In this document: positions 35,527 to 44,336 of the stretch, piece after piece | How positions within the stretch are numbered: position 1 is the stretch's first letter | Layout: each line of letters begins with the position of its first letter | NCBI GenBank assembly: GCA_036522815.1 | Contig: DATDFC010000118.1 | Coordinates: 1,306 to 65,305 of the forward strand | Reading direction: 5' to 3' | Length of the DNA: 64,000 nt | Source of the DNA: Gemmatimonadales bacterium | Lineage (GTDB): Bacteria; Gemmatimonadota; Gemmatimonadetes; Gemmatimonadales; GWC2-71-9 | Translations under genes and position numbers: made by a program | Notes under the pieces: model-generated | The model's database searches: none | Seen by the model: the letters and a program-made list of their open reading frames with translations, nothing else | What the model was told of the DNA's origin: nothing

Positions 35527-36039
35527 ATGCTGACAAGGTTTACTGTCCGTCTCGTCGGCCTCGCCTCGCTCGTCCTCGCGAGCTGTCGCCGCGCTGCGCC
35601 TCCAGTTCAAAGCGCCCACGATCCTTCGGCCATCTCACCTCCGTCTGCGACGCAGCGTGGGGCAGCGGCCGTTTGCGACAGCGTCGCGATCCTTTGGCGG
35701 GCCACTCGGCGTGCGACCGTTCGCTCGGCCGATACGACCGCGTCTGTACTGTCTGATTCCCAACCACAGCATGGATGCGCTGTCGTCGTCGCTGCGTCGC
35801 TGGGTCTCGATAGCGCGCAGTCGACGCACCTGTACTGGTCCTACCACGGGCGGCCTGGCTGGACGGATCTCTCGACGTTCGATGCCGATGGGCCAGACGG
35901 GTATAGTCGCGTCCGCGAGCGGGGTGACACTCGTTGCCAGGTCGACTTCACCCAAGATGGGGGCGACGATAGCGACTCGACATATGTGCCGAGTCCTGCG
36001 GTAGGTGAGGTGACCTTTTGCTGGCGACGCGTCCAGTAG
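35527..36039 (+). CDS. cassette ORF: hypothetical lipoprotein (170 aa)
   Basis: Lipobox LVGLASLVLASC; ATG 12 nt after attC26. Confidence 0.55.
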   Translation: MLTRFTVRLVGLASLVLASCRRAAPPVQSAHDPSAISPPSATQRGAAAVCDSVAILWRATRRATVRSADTTASVLSDSQPQHGCAVVVAASLGLDSAQSTHLYWSYHGRPGWTDLSTFDADGPDGYSRVRERGDTRCQVDFTQDGGDDSDSTYVPSPAVGEVTFCWRRVQ

Positions 36040-36058
36040 CTGTGAGGAGGGACGTACG

Positions 36059-36199
36059 GCCTGACATGTGCTTGCAGCTGACGGGCGGTGATCGCCTTAA
36101 GGGAAGCGGAGCGTTGTGCGCTGGCGCGCACGAACTAACGTTGAACTGCGGGGCGCCCTGCGGCCATGCTGCCAGCAGCATAAGCGCGACCGGTTAGGC
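36059..36199 (+). repeat. attC site 27 (class A, degenerate, 141 bp; R'' GCCTGAC)
   Basis: GCCTGAC 36059 ... GTTAGGC ending 36199; several arm substitutions. Confidence 0.75.
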
Positions 36200-36212
36200 G
36201 CCATCACAGGAG

Positions 36213-36689
36213 ATGCACACTTTCACCTTCCGTTACACCCGTCCCTTCCTCCGTCGCTTTTACATGGCCGAGCTTTGGCGTACGCACGGAGGGTTCCTCA
36301 TTGCGCTTCCGATTGCCCTGGCGGTTATCCTCCTGATGGCACGCAGTCAGGATCTCTGGTGGATGAGCGGTTTCTTCGCGGGGCTGATTATTGCCTACGT
36401 CCTCCTGTTGCACAGCAGTTATCAACGACTCCGAAGAGAGATGTCAGATCGCTCCGTTCACGCGACGGCTTCAGAAGCCGGACTCGAGTTCGACGTTGAA
36501 TCGGTGACGTCAAACGCGCCGTGGGCGCAAATTCGGTTGATGCGGAGAACAGCTCATGCGGTCGTTCTTAACCTCCGACCGGTCGCCAGACCGATCGTGG
36601 TGCCGAGGGATGCTCTATCGGCGGAGGTGTACGCCTTCATGCAGCGTAGCGTCAGCGCCGCTGGCGGTACCGTACGTGATGGCGGCTAA
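36213..36689 (+). CDS. cassette ORF: hypothetical membrane protein (158 aa)
   Basis: Two TM-like segments after FLRRFYMAELW; stop TAA sits in an R'' relic (ggctaacaag). Confidence 0.5.
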   Translation: MHTFTFRYTRPFLRRFYMAELWRTHGGFLIALPIALAVILLMARSQDLWWMSGFFAGLIIAYVLLLHSSYQRLRREMSDRSVHATASEAGLEFDVESVTSNAPWAQIRLMRRTAHAVVLNLRPVARPIVVPRDALSAEVYAFMQRSVSAAGGTVRDGG

Positions 36690-36693
36690 CAAG
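36685..36693 (+). repeat. attC relic (R'' box only)
   Basis: gctaacaag then GTG start of the next gene; whole attC otherwise deleted. Confidence 0.35.
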
Positions 36694-37601
36694 TGAACCG
36701 GTCTCCGTACGCCCGCCTCCTCGCTCTTGTCGCAGCCAGCTGTTCACCCTCTAGGCCAGCCACACATGAATTCGATGGGGCCGCCGCTTTCCAGTACCTG
36801 CGATCGCAAATCCACTTCGGACCCCGGATTCCCAACACCGGACCGCACGACCAATGTGGGGCATGGATACTCGGTCACGTAAGGACAACGGCCGATACAG
36901 TGATCGTTCAAGGGTTCACGGCCCGCACCGCGAAGGGTCAACAGTTGCACCTCCACAATTACCTCGCCCGGTTCAGTCCTCAAGCGCCCGAACGAGTACT
37001 CTACCTCGCTCACTGGGATACTCGCCCACACGCCGAGAAGACCGCAAACCCCCTCGACAGAGCCAAACCCGTCCTGGGAGCTAACGACGGAGCCTCGGGA
37101 GTCGCTGTTCTTCTGGCTCTTGCCGATGCCCTGAAGAAAGCTGCGCCACGCATAGGAGTTGACCTCCTGTTCACGGACGGTGAGGACTACGGCGACTTCA
37201 GCGACACGACCGAGACATTGCTCGGTGCCCGCTACTTCGCCGCGCACTTGCCCGCCGGCTACCCACCTCTGTATGCGGTTCTGTGGGATATGGTCGGGGA
37301 CAAGGATCTCGATATCTCGATCGAGCCCAATTCCCGCGCGTTTGCGCCGGAGGTCACCAGTCTCGTATGGCGTGCTGCGGACTCCCTTGGCTACGGTAGG
37401 ACATTCTTATCACAGCTTGGTCAGCCGCTGATTGATGACCATATTCCGCTGCAGGCAGTGGGGATCCATGCGATTGACGTTGTGGACTTCGACTACGGTC
37501 CCGGTAACAGTTACCACCACACCACCTACGATACGTTGGACAAGGTCTCGGCCCAGTCTCTACAAACGGTTGGGGACGTGGCTCTGGCGCTGGTCCGATG
37601 A
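36693..37601 (+). CDS. M28 family peptidase / glutaminyl-cyclase-like protein (302 aa)
   Basis: ANDGASGVAVLLALADAL, VDLLFTDGEDYG, IDDHIPLQAVGIHAIDVVDF, YHHTTYDTLDKVS. Confidence 0.8.
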   Translation: MNRSPYARLLALVAASCSPSRPATHEFDGAAAFQYLRSQIHFGPRIPNTGPHDQCGAWILGHVRTTADTVIVQGFTARTAKGQQLHLHNYLARFSPQAPERVLYLAHWDTRPHAEKTANPLDRAKPVLGANDGASGVAVLLALADALKKAAPRIGVDLLFTDGEDYGDFSDTTETLLGARYFAAHLPAGYPPLYAVLWDMVGDKDLDISIEPNSRAFAPEVTSLVWRAADSLGYGRTFLSQLGQPLIDDHIPLQAVGIHAIDVVDFDYGPGNSYHHTTYDTLDKVSAQSLQTVGDVALALVR

Positions 37602-37685
37602 GATCGGTGCGGGAGTTGCCTAGCCCGCATTCAGCGTGCATCACGCACTTGGCAGATTGGACGCTACCCTCGGGCACCTAACAGA

Positions 37686-38147
37686 ATGATCGACACTATC
37701 GGACACGAAGCTGCCATTCCGAACCCCACCTTAGAGCCGCTGAGCTTCTTAGTCGGCGAGTGGAGCACTGTGGGCTCGCACCCCCAGCTCCCGGGCAAGG
37801 TCCTTCGCGGCCGCACGAGCTTCGCCTGGCTTGACGGCGGGGCATTCCTTGTCATGCGCTCGGAGATCGACGAGCCCGAGATCCCGAGCGGGATCGCGAT
37901 ACTTGGTACAGACGTCGACGCCAATGAATGCGCTATGCTGTACTTTGACGAACGCGGCGTCTCGCGCCGCTACAGCGTGGCACTACGAAGCGACCAGTGG
38001 CATTGGTGGCGAGACAGCGCGGGCTTCTCCCAGCGCTTCACCGCGCAGCTGGTCGATCGCGGCAAGCGCATGGTTGGTCAGGGTGAGCTGAATCGCGGTA
38101 ACGGCTGGGAGCCAGATCTGCAGCTCACGTACACCCGCCTCAGGTAG
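37686..38147 (+). CDS. hypothetical protein (153 aa)
   Basis: LSFLVGEWSTVGSHPQLPGKVLRGRTSFAWLDGGAFLV; beta-rich, no firm family call. Confidence 0.5.
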   Translation: MIDTIGHEAAIPNPTLEPLSFLVGEWSTVGSHPQLPGKVLRGRTSFAWLDGGAFLVMRSEIDEPEIPSGIAILGTDVDANECAMLYFDERGVSRRYSVALRSDQWHWWRDSAGFSQRFTAQLVDRGKRMVGQGELNRGNGWEPDLQLTYTRLR

Positions 38148-38329
38148 TCGAGGTGGCAGCCGGTCTGAATACGGCCATCTCTCCTCGCCACTTGGCCGAC
38201 GGCGGCGGAGTCCTCTTCGGTCATCAGTTCAAATCGCCGTTGCCACCGCAACCGGACTCGTCTTTTGGTGGTTATCTCCACCGGTTGCCCTCGTTGTCAC
38301 TTGTGCGTTGACAGGAAACTGTCCCTGAT

Positions 38330-38437
38330 GCCTAGCGCGCTCGCGCGCTTGGGTCGTCCCCTGGCGGCACGGGACGTTCGTCCACTCCTCTTGCGCCGGT
38401 GGGCGCGTCGTCCGCAGCTTAACCGCGATCCCATGGT
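38330..38437 (+). repeat. attC site 28, degenerate (108 bp)
   Basis: gcctagc ... cttgcgccggtgggcgcgtcgtccgcagcttaaccgcgatcccatggtc; R' replaced by CCATGGTC. Confidence 0.55.
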
Positions 38438-38975
38438 CCCCGCCATCCTCTTTGTCCTCGGCGCATCAGGTGCTGGTAAGACGAGCGCGCTCGGAATCCT
38501 CGCGGGACGCCGATTACAAGGCGTCTCCTGTTACCACTTTGATAGCATTGGCGTGCCGTCGGCGGCCGTTATGGAGCGGGAGTGGGGCTCGGGCGAACGG
38601 TGGCAAGAAGAGATGACAAAACACTGGATCGAACGGCTGGCGGCCAATGCGGACGGCGCGCGCGTTGTTGTACTCGAAGGGCAAACACGTCCCTCTTACA
38701 TGGAGCCGCATGCGAGCCGTTACGGCGTGCGCCACTACCGGATTGTGTTACTGGATTGTCTGCCTGCCGTGCGCGCGAGTCGTCTGCATGGGCCGAGAGG
38801 TCAACCGGAGTTGGCCAGCCCAAGCATGGACGCCTGGGCGGCGTACCTCCGCGGCCAGGCGGATGCCTTGGGACTCGCTGTCGTCGATACGTCGAGCCGC
38901 TCGGTCGAGCAAGTCGCCGATGGCCTGCAAGAGCTGATCGAGGAATTGCGAGAGGTTGCCGGTGCCGCTGCCTAA
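38433..38975 (+). CDS. P-loop NTPase / small-molecule or nucleotide kinase-like protein (180 aa)
   Basis: Walker A LFVLGASGAGKTSAL; ATG lies in the mutated R' box of site 28; stop TAA inside R'' of the next site. Confidence 0.6.
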   Translation: MVPAILFVLGASGAGKTSALGILAGRRLQGVSCYHFDSIGVPSAAVMEREWGSGERWQEEMTKHWIERLAANADGARVVVLEGQTRPSYMEPHASRYGVRHYRIVLLDCLPAVRASRLHGPRGQPELASPSMDAWAAYLRGQADALGLAVVDTSSRSVEQVADGLQELIEELREVAGAAA

Positions 38976-38996
38976 CAGCGCTTGAAGCTGGCGGGG
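38970..38996 (+). repeat. attC site 29, truncated (left arm only)
   Basis: gcctaacagcgcttgaagctggcgggg then unrelated sequence. Confidence 0.6.
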
Positions 38997-39052
38997 CCCG
39001 TCCCCATTCGAGTCTTGGATCGCTACCGAACCTCCCCAAGGTGCCGCCTCCC

Positions 39053-39349
39053 ATGTATCGCGCCATGTCCATCTTCATCGAGTACCCGCTGCTTGCGGTG
39101 CTCCCGTCCGTTGCTTTCCTCGGCTTGTACCGGGTTACACGCCGCCCGTTTGTCGTCGTTGTGGCTCTCGCCTGGCTGCTCTACGGTATCTACGAGTACG
39201 CGATGCGTGAACGGATCCTCTGCTCCGGGGAGTGCAACATTCGGGTCGATCTCCTCGCGATCTACCCGGCTTTGGTGGTGGCTTCAGTTGCAGCACTGGC
39301 TGTCGCCGCGGTGGGTCTGCGCGCGCGGCTTCGCCGCCCTGGTTCATGA
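39053..39349 (+). CDS. hypothetical membrane protein (98 aa)
   Basis: ATG 39053 within track ORF 38582..39349; three TM-like segments. Confidence 0.45.
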   Translation: MYRAMSIFIEYPLLAVLPSVAFLGLYRVTRRPFVVVVALAWLLYGIYEYAMRERILCSGECNIRVDLLAIYPALVVASVAALAVAAVGLRARLRRPGS

Positions 39350-39373
39350 CTCTCAGTGGTGCGGCGAAGTTGC

Positions 39374-39425
39374 CCCTAACAACCGCTTGAGGCTGTCGGG
39401 CCTGCTCTTAAGGGAATCGGCCGTT
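39374..39425 (+). repeat. attC site 30, truncated (class B left part; R'' CCCTAAC)
   Basis: ccctaacaaccgcttgaggctgtcgggcctgctcttaagggaatcggccgtt then unrelated sequence. Confidence 0.6.
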
Positions 39426-39467
39426 CCCTTAGGTTGAACCCCGACCTTTCGTGTAACTTTAGGAACG

Positions 39468-39875
39468 ATGAAACCGCCGCCCTTCGCGACACCCGAGGAC
39501 GAACCGGAGCCAGTCCGGATTCCGGAAGAGCGCGGCCAGCTCCTTCCGCCGGCCCGTCGCCCTCCCACCGCAGTCGCGACGGCTACCCCCCGTCCGCGCG
39601 ACCCGTCCGGACCGCCGATCCGACCGAAAGTGAGCCGTCTCACTCGAATCGCCCACTCCATGTTCGGGACGGGCCTACTTGTGGGTGGGATTGCCCTGGC
39701 AACGCTGCCGGCCCTCGCCGGCGCGCTCGGGGTGGGGATGGCCTTGCTGGGTGCTGATGTGATCGCACGCGCCGCGACTGATCGCGGACTGATCATTGCT
39801 TGGCGATCGCGCGGGCGCCGCCATGCACTAATCCCAGGGGAGCGCACGACCCGCTCCCTGCGGCGGTCAGCCTAA
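39468..39875 (+). CDS. hypothetical Pro-rich, membrane-anchored protein (135 aa)
   Basis: Pro/Arg-rich N-terminus, TM GLLVGGIALATLPALAGALGVGMALLG; stop TAA inside the mini-attC. Confidence 0.4.
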   Translation: MKPPPFATPEDEPEPVRIPEERGQLLPPARRPPTAVATATPRPRDPSGPPIRPKVSRLTRIAHSMFGTGLLVGGIALATLPALAGALGVGMALLGADVIARAATDRGLIIAWRSRGRRHALIPGERTTRSLRRSA

Positions 39876-39888
39876 CAAGGGCTTAGGC
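39870..39888 (+). repeat. mini-attC (class M, 19 bp)
   Basis: GCCTAAC-AAGGG-CTTAGGC. Confidence 0.5.
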
Positions 39889-40006
39889 GGCACCGAGCCG
39901 CGGATGTGACCCGTCCGCGCCTCTAGGGGGTCTAAGGTGTGGAGCCACCTCCGGCCGCGTCGGCTCCTGACCCGGAGCGCCTCATGCGACTTTTCCCTGT
40001 CTTACG

Positions 40007-40303
40007 GTGAGAGAAATACTTCGCACTTCAAGCATCTCCTTCGCTGAGAGCCTCCGCCTTGCTCTAGAAGCTGAGGACATCCCAGCCTTCGTTAGCAACG
40101 AGAACCTCGGTGGCCTTCCTCCCGGAGCCATCAGCGTCGTGGTCGCTGACGACGCAGACTATGACCGTGGTCTCACGGTCCTACGCTCCTTGGAACCGCC
40201 AGCACCGAAACCCGCAAGGAATAGCCGGCGGGTCCTGTGGGTTCTGCTCATTATTCTCTTCGGCGCTTTCGCCACCCTCTGCGTGAGTATTGCCTGGCCG
40301 TGA
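40007..40303 (+). CDS. hypothetical protein, DUF2007-like N-terminus plus C-terminal TM (98 aa)
   Basis: GTG start; AESLRLALEAEDIPAFVSNENLGGLPPGAISVVVADDADYDRGLTVL; TM VLWVLLIILFGAFATLCV. Confidence 0.45.
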   Translation: MREILRTSSISFAESLRLALEAEDIPAFVSNENLGGLPPGAISVVVADDADYDRGLTVLRSLEPPAPKPARNSRRVLWVLLIILFGAFATLCVSIAWP

Positions 40304-40320
40304 CGCAGGTGCGCTACGCT

Positions 40321-40359
40321 GCCTCACATGGGCTTGAAGCTGGCGGGCGCTCACAAGTG
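40321..40359 (+). repeat. attC site 31, truncated (class C left part; R'' GCCTCAC)
   Basis: gcctcacatgggcttgaagctggcgggcgctcacaagtg then unrelated sequence. Confidence 0.6.
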
Positions 40360-40524
40360 AAGTACATGGTCACGCAATGCGCGTTGCGTTGGATCAGCCG
40401 ATCGATTTCAAACTCGCGCCCTGCACGGCAGCAAACGATCAGTCAGCGACAATGGAGACCCGGACGAGAAGCCATACTCTAGAATGTGCGCTCGCGCACC
40501 ATGCAAGACCGGACGATCCGACCC

Positions 40525-40926
40525 TTACCGTGGTGGTACCATGCGCATGGTGCCTGGCATGCCATTGGGGCCTGTACATGTCCCGGCATATGAGCGGTCA
40601 GGCTGACGCAGCATCATGCACTTGGCCCCCCAGACAGGCGCCAAGGTGTCGGCGTCGGCCGACCGCGGTGCTGGTTGAAACGCGAACCGCAGGGTATCGT
40701 CGTTGAGACGAATGTTGTCGAGCCGAAAAGCGCCGCTTGGCATCGTGTGGAGAATGATCCGCAGGGAGTCGCTGACCAAAGTCACGTCGAACGTGAGCGG
40801 AACGTCCCTATGATCCGCCGCCAATGCTGAGCCGGTCCAACGGCCCAGCGGGAAGGCCTGAGCTCGACAGGGTTCGGAGTCCACAAGGACGAGCAGCAAC
40901 ACGGTAACCCCGGCAAGGCGGCTCAT
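40525..40926 (-). CDS. hypothetical secreted protein (133 aa); only reverse-oriented ORF in the array
   Basis: Track ORF 40525..41295 trimmed to Met 40926: MSRLAGVTVLLLVLVDSEPCRAQA signal peptide. Confidence 0.45.
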   Translation of the reverse strand: MSRLAGVTVLLLVLVDSEPCRAQAFPLGRWTGSALAADHRDVPLTFDVTLVSDSLRIILHTMPSGAFRLDNIRLNDDTLRFAFQPAPRSADADTLAPVWGAKCMMLRQPDRSYAGTCTGPNGMPGTMRMVPPR

Positions 40927-41322
40927 ATGAGAGAGCTCTGCCTTCGTATCCTGATTGTCATCGCCCTGGGTGCGCCAGCTCAGGCTGCCGATGCGCAGCG
41001 CCTCGCGCCCGGATTCCCGAGCGCCGACGCCAGTCCCTTTCTCACTACCGCCGCCTTCTCGAGCGCCGGTGGGAGACTCAGGTACCAACCGCGCGACTGC
41101 CGCTTCCATCCCGTCCTGCTTGCAGCAGCCGGCGGCCTGGGAGGTGCCGCCGGTGGCTGGCTTGCGTACGAGCTGACCATCGGGATCTGGGCCTCGGGGG
41201 AGACAGGTAACGCCGCTCCGGATGCCACGTTCCGTCGCATTCGCGGTACGCTCATTGTCACCGGCGCGATCATTGGTGTTGTGAGAGCGGTGCATATTTC
41301 CAAGCAGTGCCGCTCGGGCTAG
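40927..41322 (+). CDS. hypothetical secreted/membrane protein (131 aa)
   Basis: MRELCLRILIVIALGAPAQA signal peptide, Gly/Ala-rich TM segments; start abuts the divergent ORF (CATATG). Confidence 0.4.
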   Translation: MRELCLRILIVIALGAPAQAADAQRLAPGFPSADASPFLTTAAFSSAGGRLRYQPRDCRFHPVLLAAAGGLGGAAGGWLAYELTIGIWASGETGNAAPDATFRRIRGTLIVTGAIIGVVRAVHISKQCRSG

Positions 41323-41328
41323 GCGGGC

Positions 41329-41361
41329 GCCTAACGAGCGCTTGCAGCTGGCGGGTTAGGC
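41329..41361 (+). repeat. mini-attC (class M, 33 bp)
   Basis: GCCTAAC-GAGCGCTTGCAGCTGGCGG-GTTAGGC. Confidence 0.55.
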
Positions 41362-41377
41362 GGCGGCGCAATCGTCC

Positions 41378-41459
41378 GTCTAACAAGCATTTGGTCTGCG
41401 GGTTCAACTCCTTGCGCCCGCGGTCATTGCGCCCGCAGCTTGAGCGCGATCCGTCACGC
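41378..41459 (+). repeat. attC site 32 (class S, 82 bp; boxes GTCTAAC / GTCACGC)
   Basis: gtctaacaagcatttgg...ccttgcgcccgcggtcattgcgcccgcagcttgagcgcgatccgtcacgc. Confidence 0.6.
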
Positions 41460-41469
41460 AGCAACGACC

Positions 41470-42501
41470 ATGGTGTGCCAGAAGCGCTCGATGAAGCCTG
41501 TCATCGCAACGGTGCTTCTCCTGCTGCCGCCCAGACTCCTCGCTCAGGCGAACAGTTCCACCGACGCTCATGGCCTGCGTGACGGTCCGCACCAGGTCGT
41601 CATCAACAACGTACGGCTGTGGTATCGCGTCGCCGGACGGACCGCTCCTAGAGTTCCACCCGTAGTTTTTCTGCACGGAGGGCCAGGACAGGGCAGCTAT
41701 CATTTCGCTGCCCTCGTTGGTCCTTCACTTGAGCATTCCCTTCGCATGGTGTACTTCGACCAGCGGGGCAGCGGTAACTCCGAGCGGCCGTGGACCGGAG
41801 AATACTCCATGGCCACGTTGGTCGAAGATATCGAAGGGTTACGACGCGAGCTCGGTGTGCCACAGATCGCGTTAGTCGGCCATTCTTTCGGCGGGGCCCT
41901 CGCCCTGGAATATGCGGCTGCCTATCCTGCCCGCGTCGCGCGGATTGTCATTGTGTCCGGCATGTGGAGTATGGCCGTGCTGGGCCACTATCAATGCGAG
42001 CGGATCAGGGCTGTGTATCCCGCCCTTGCCCGTGCCGCCGACACGGCAGCCACTGGACCCGACGACCGCTGTCAGTGGTTCTGGAACCTGCCAGCATCAC
42101 AGCGTACCCCGCTTTACGAGGCGCTCATGTTTCCCGATTCCATCGTACATGCTCGGCTAGACAGCACCGTGGCAGCCAGTCACCTTCCGAACACGGGGGA
42201 GTTGTCGGCGGCCTTGTGGCGCGCAGGAATGAGTCAGTATCAGTTTACTTCCTTCACCAAAGTCACGATGCCGACCTTGGTGATCGCAGGTCACCTAGAT
42301 GGAGCGGTCGTTCCCAAGGGACTTCAGGAGCTCACGCAACGGTTGCCCAATGCCACCTTCCTCGAATACGAACGGAGTGGGCATTTTGTCTACCTCGACG
42401 AGCCCGACCGTTTCGTGCGAGACGTGACATCGTTTATCGCCGCTCGACCCGCCCGCAGCCACGATGAGCCATTGCCGTCGTTGCTGCCTAACAAGCCATG
42501 A
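41470..42501 (+). CDS. alpha/beta hydrolase (proline iminopeptidase-like)
   Basis: Start ATG 41470 or 41491 (signal-like MKPVIATVLLLLPPRLLAQA); VVFLHGGPG, YFDQRGSGNS, nucleophile elbow GHSFGG. Confidence 0.8.
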   Translation: MVCQKRSMKPVIATVLLLLPPRLLAQANSSTDAHGLRDGPHQVVINNVRLWYRVAGRTAPRVPPVVFLHGGPGQGSYHFAALVGPSLEHSLRMVYFDQRGSGNSERPWTGEYSMATLVEDIEGLRRELGVPQIALVGHSFGGALALEYAAAYPARVARIVIVSGMWSMAVLGHYQCERIRAVYPALARAADTAATGPDDRCQWFWNLPASQRTPLYEALMFPDSIVHARLDSTVAASHLPNTGELSAALWRAGMSQYQFTSFTKVTMPTLVIAGHLDGAVVPKGLQELTQRLPNATFLEYERSGHFVYLDEPDRFVRDVTSFIAARPARSHDEPLPSLLPNKP

Positions 42502-42522
42502 AGCTGGCGGCGCGCGTAGATT
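42486..42522 (+). repeat. attC site 33, truncated (class E left part)
   Basis: gcctaacaagccatgaagctggcggcgcgcgtagatt then unrelated; overlaps stop of the hydrolase gene. Confidence 0.6.
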
Positions 42523-42568
42523 GCTTGGGGTGTTGCGACCTTTCGGTACCTGACGTAGCGAGGCTCAC

Positions 42569-42949
42569 ATGTCCTACAACTCAATACCGCTCGGGCTTAT
42601 AGTCCTGGTCGCGTGCTCGGGGAGCCCCGCAGAACCGATCGACTACACCGTGTCCGTGGCGCCCCTGCTGGGTCCGCTCTACGGCCCCGATCTTTGGAGA
42701 GCCACGGACTCCGCGGCTCCTGCCCTGTGGTCCGCTCCAGCTCAAGGCTGGCAGACCCTGAACCAGTCCTGGTGCATCCATATTCCAACGACGGAGACTG
42801 TCGTGGCAGTCACCGACTCTCAGCCAGGGGGCGGCTTGGCTCAACCTCAAAGCTGGGTCGGCTATTTGCATCCGTCGACCCAAGCGGCGAGTTGGAGCGC
42901 GCGCGACTCGGGAGGGAAGGTAGTATTCGCCCCTGCCTCGCGTTGCTAG
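42569..42949 (+). CDS. hypothetical lipoprotein (126 aa)
   Basis: Lipobox LGLIVLVACSG. Confidence 0.5.
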   Translation: MSYNSIPLGLIVLVACSGSPAEPIDYTVSVAPLLGPLYGPDLWRATDSAAPALWSAPAQGWQTLNQSWCIHIPTTETVVAVTDSQPGGGLAQPQSWVGYLHPSTQAASWSARDSGGKVVFAPASRC

Positions 42950-42970
42950 GACGGACCTCGTTCGCCGGCC

Positions 42971-42991
42971 GCCTAACAAGCGCCGTTAGGC
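42971..42991 (+). repeat. mini-attC (class M, 21 bp)
   Basis: GCCTAAC-AAGCGCC-GTTAGGC. Confidence 0.55.
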
Positions 42992-43007
42992 GGCATCACC
43001 CGATCTC

Positions 43008-43276
43008 ATGACACGTTTCGTTTGCGCAATCGTTCTCGGGTTCATCCTCTCGTGGGGTGCAGCACACGCGATGTTCCTGCAGTGGTGGACGCCCGTGCCC
43101 TGGGACTCGCCGGCATCGCGCTCGGCTACCGAGGGATGAGGGGGCAGGCGATGATGGCGGGGGCGCTTTACCGGTTCGTGCTGTGCTTCATGTTCACGCT
43201 GCTGGGCTACGGCGGGGCGGCGCCGCTGGTCAGGCGGGTGCCCTTTTTCACCGTCTTAGGCTTGGATGCTCGTTAA
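43008..43276 (+). pseudogene. possible frameshifted small membrane protein gene
   Basis: ATG 43008 gives MTRFVCAIVLGFILSWGAAHAMFLQWW... stop 43137-43139; hydrophobic continuation (ALGLAGIALGY...FVLCFMFTLLGYGG) is in the frame of ORF 43022..43276. Confidence 0.3.
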
Positions 43277-43646
43277 GTCCTGCATTCCGGTCATACCCAG
43301 CGCCGATCTGGAGAAGAGTCTGCGCTTCTGGCGGGACGCGCTCGGGCTGTCCGTGGATCGGGCCATGCGGCAGGACGGTCGCCTCGTCGGATGCATGGTC
43401 CATAACGAGCGTCTGTATGTCTGGCTCAATCAACGCGCTGGTTCTCCGACCAAGCCGGATGATTATGAGGGCATACGACTCTACTGGGCGCCGGATGACA
43501 TTAGGGCGCTCAGAGAGCGCCTCTTGCAACACGGGTACTCAGTTTCTGAGATAGTGGATCGCGACTACGGACAGACCGAGTTCGTTGTCACGGACGATGA
43601 CGGCTACTCCCATTGCTTCGGAGTTGCGACCACTAAGAGCGGCTAA
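43266..43646 (+). CDS. VOC family protein, bleomycin-binding (Ble)-like pattern (126 aa)
   Basis: IPVIPSADLEKSLRFWRDALGLS ... YGQTEFVVTDDDGYSHCFG. Confidence 0.7.
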   Translation: MLVKSCIPVIPSADLEKSLRFWRDALGLSVDRAMRQDGRLVGCMVHNERLYVWLNQRAGSPTKPDDYEGIRLYWAPDDIRALRERLLQHGYSVSEIVDRDYGQTEFVVTDDDGYSHCFGVATTKSG

Positions 43647-43669
43647 CCTACGACCACAAGACTGCTGCC

Positions 43670-43731
43670 GCCTAACATGCGCCTTGCGCTAGCAGCCAGT
43701 GCGCCTGCACCGTAAGCGCGATCCGTTAGGC
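43670..43731 (+). repeat. attC site 34 (class S, 62 bp)
   Basis: GCCTAAC 43670 ... GTTAGGC ending 43731. Confidence 0.8.
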
Positions 43732-43754
43732 AGCTTGCGCTGGAGTGCCGTCAC

Positions 43755-44303
<549 letters not shown>

Positions 44304-44336
44304 CCGTTAGGCAACAGCCAGTCATGGCGATGTGAC

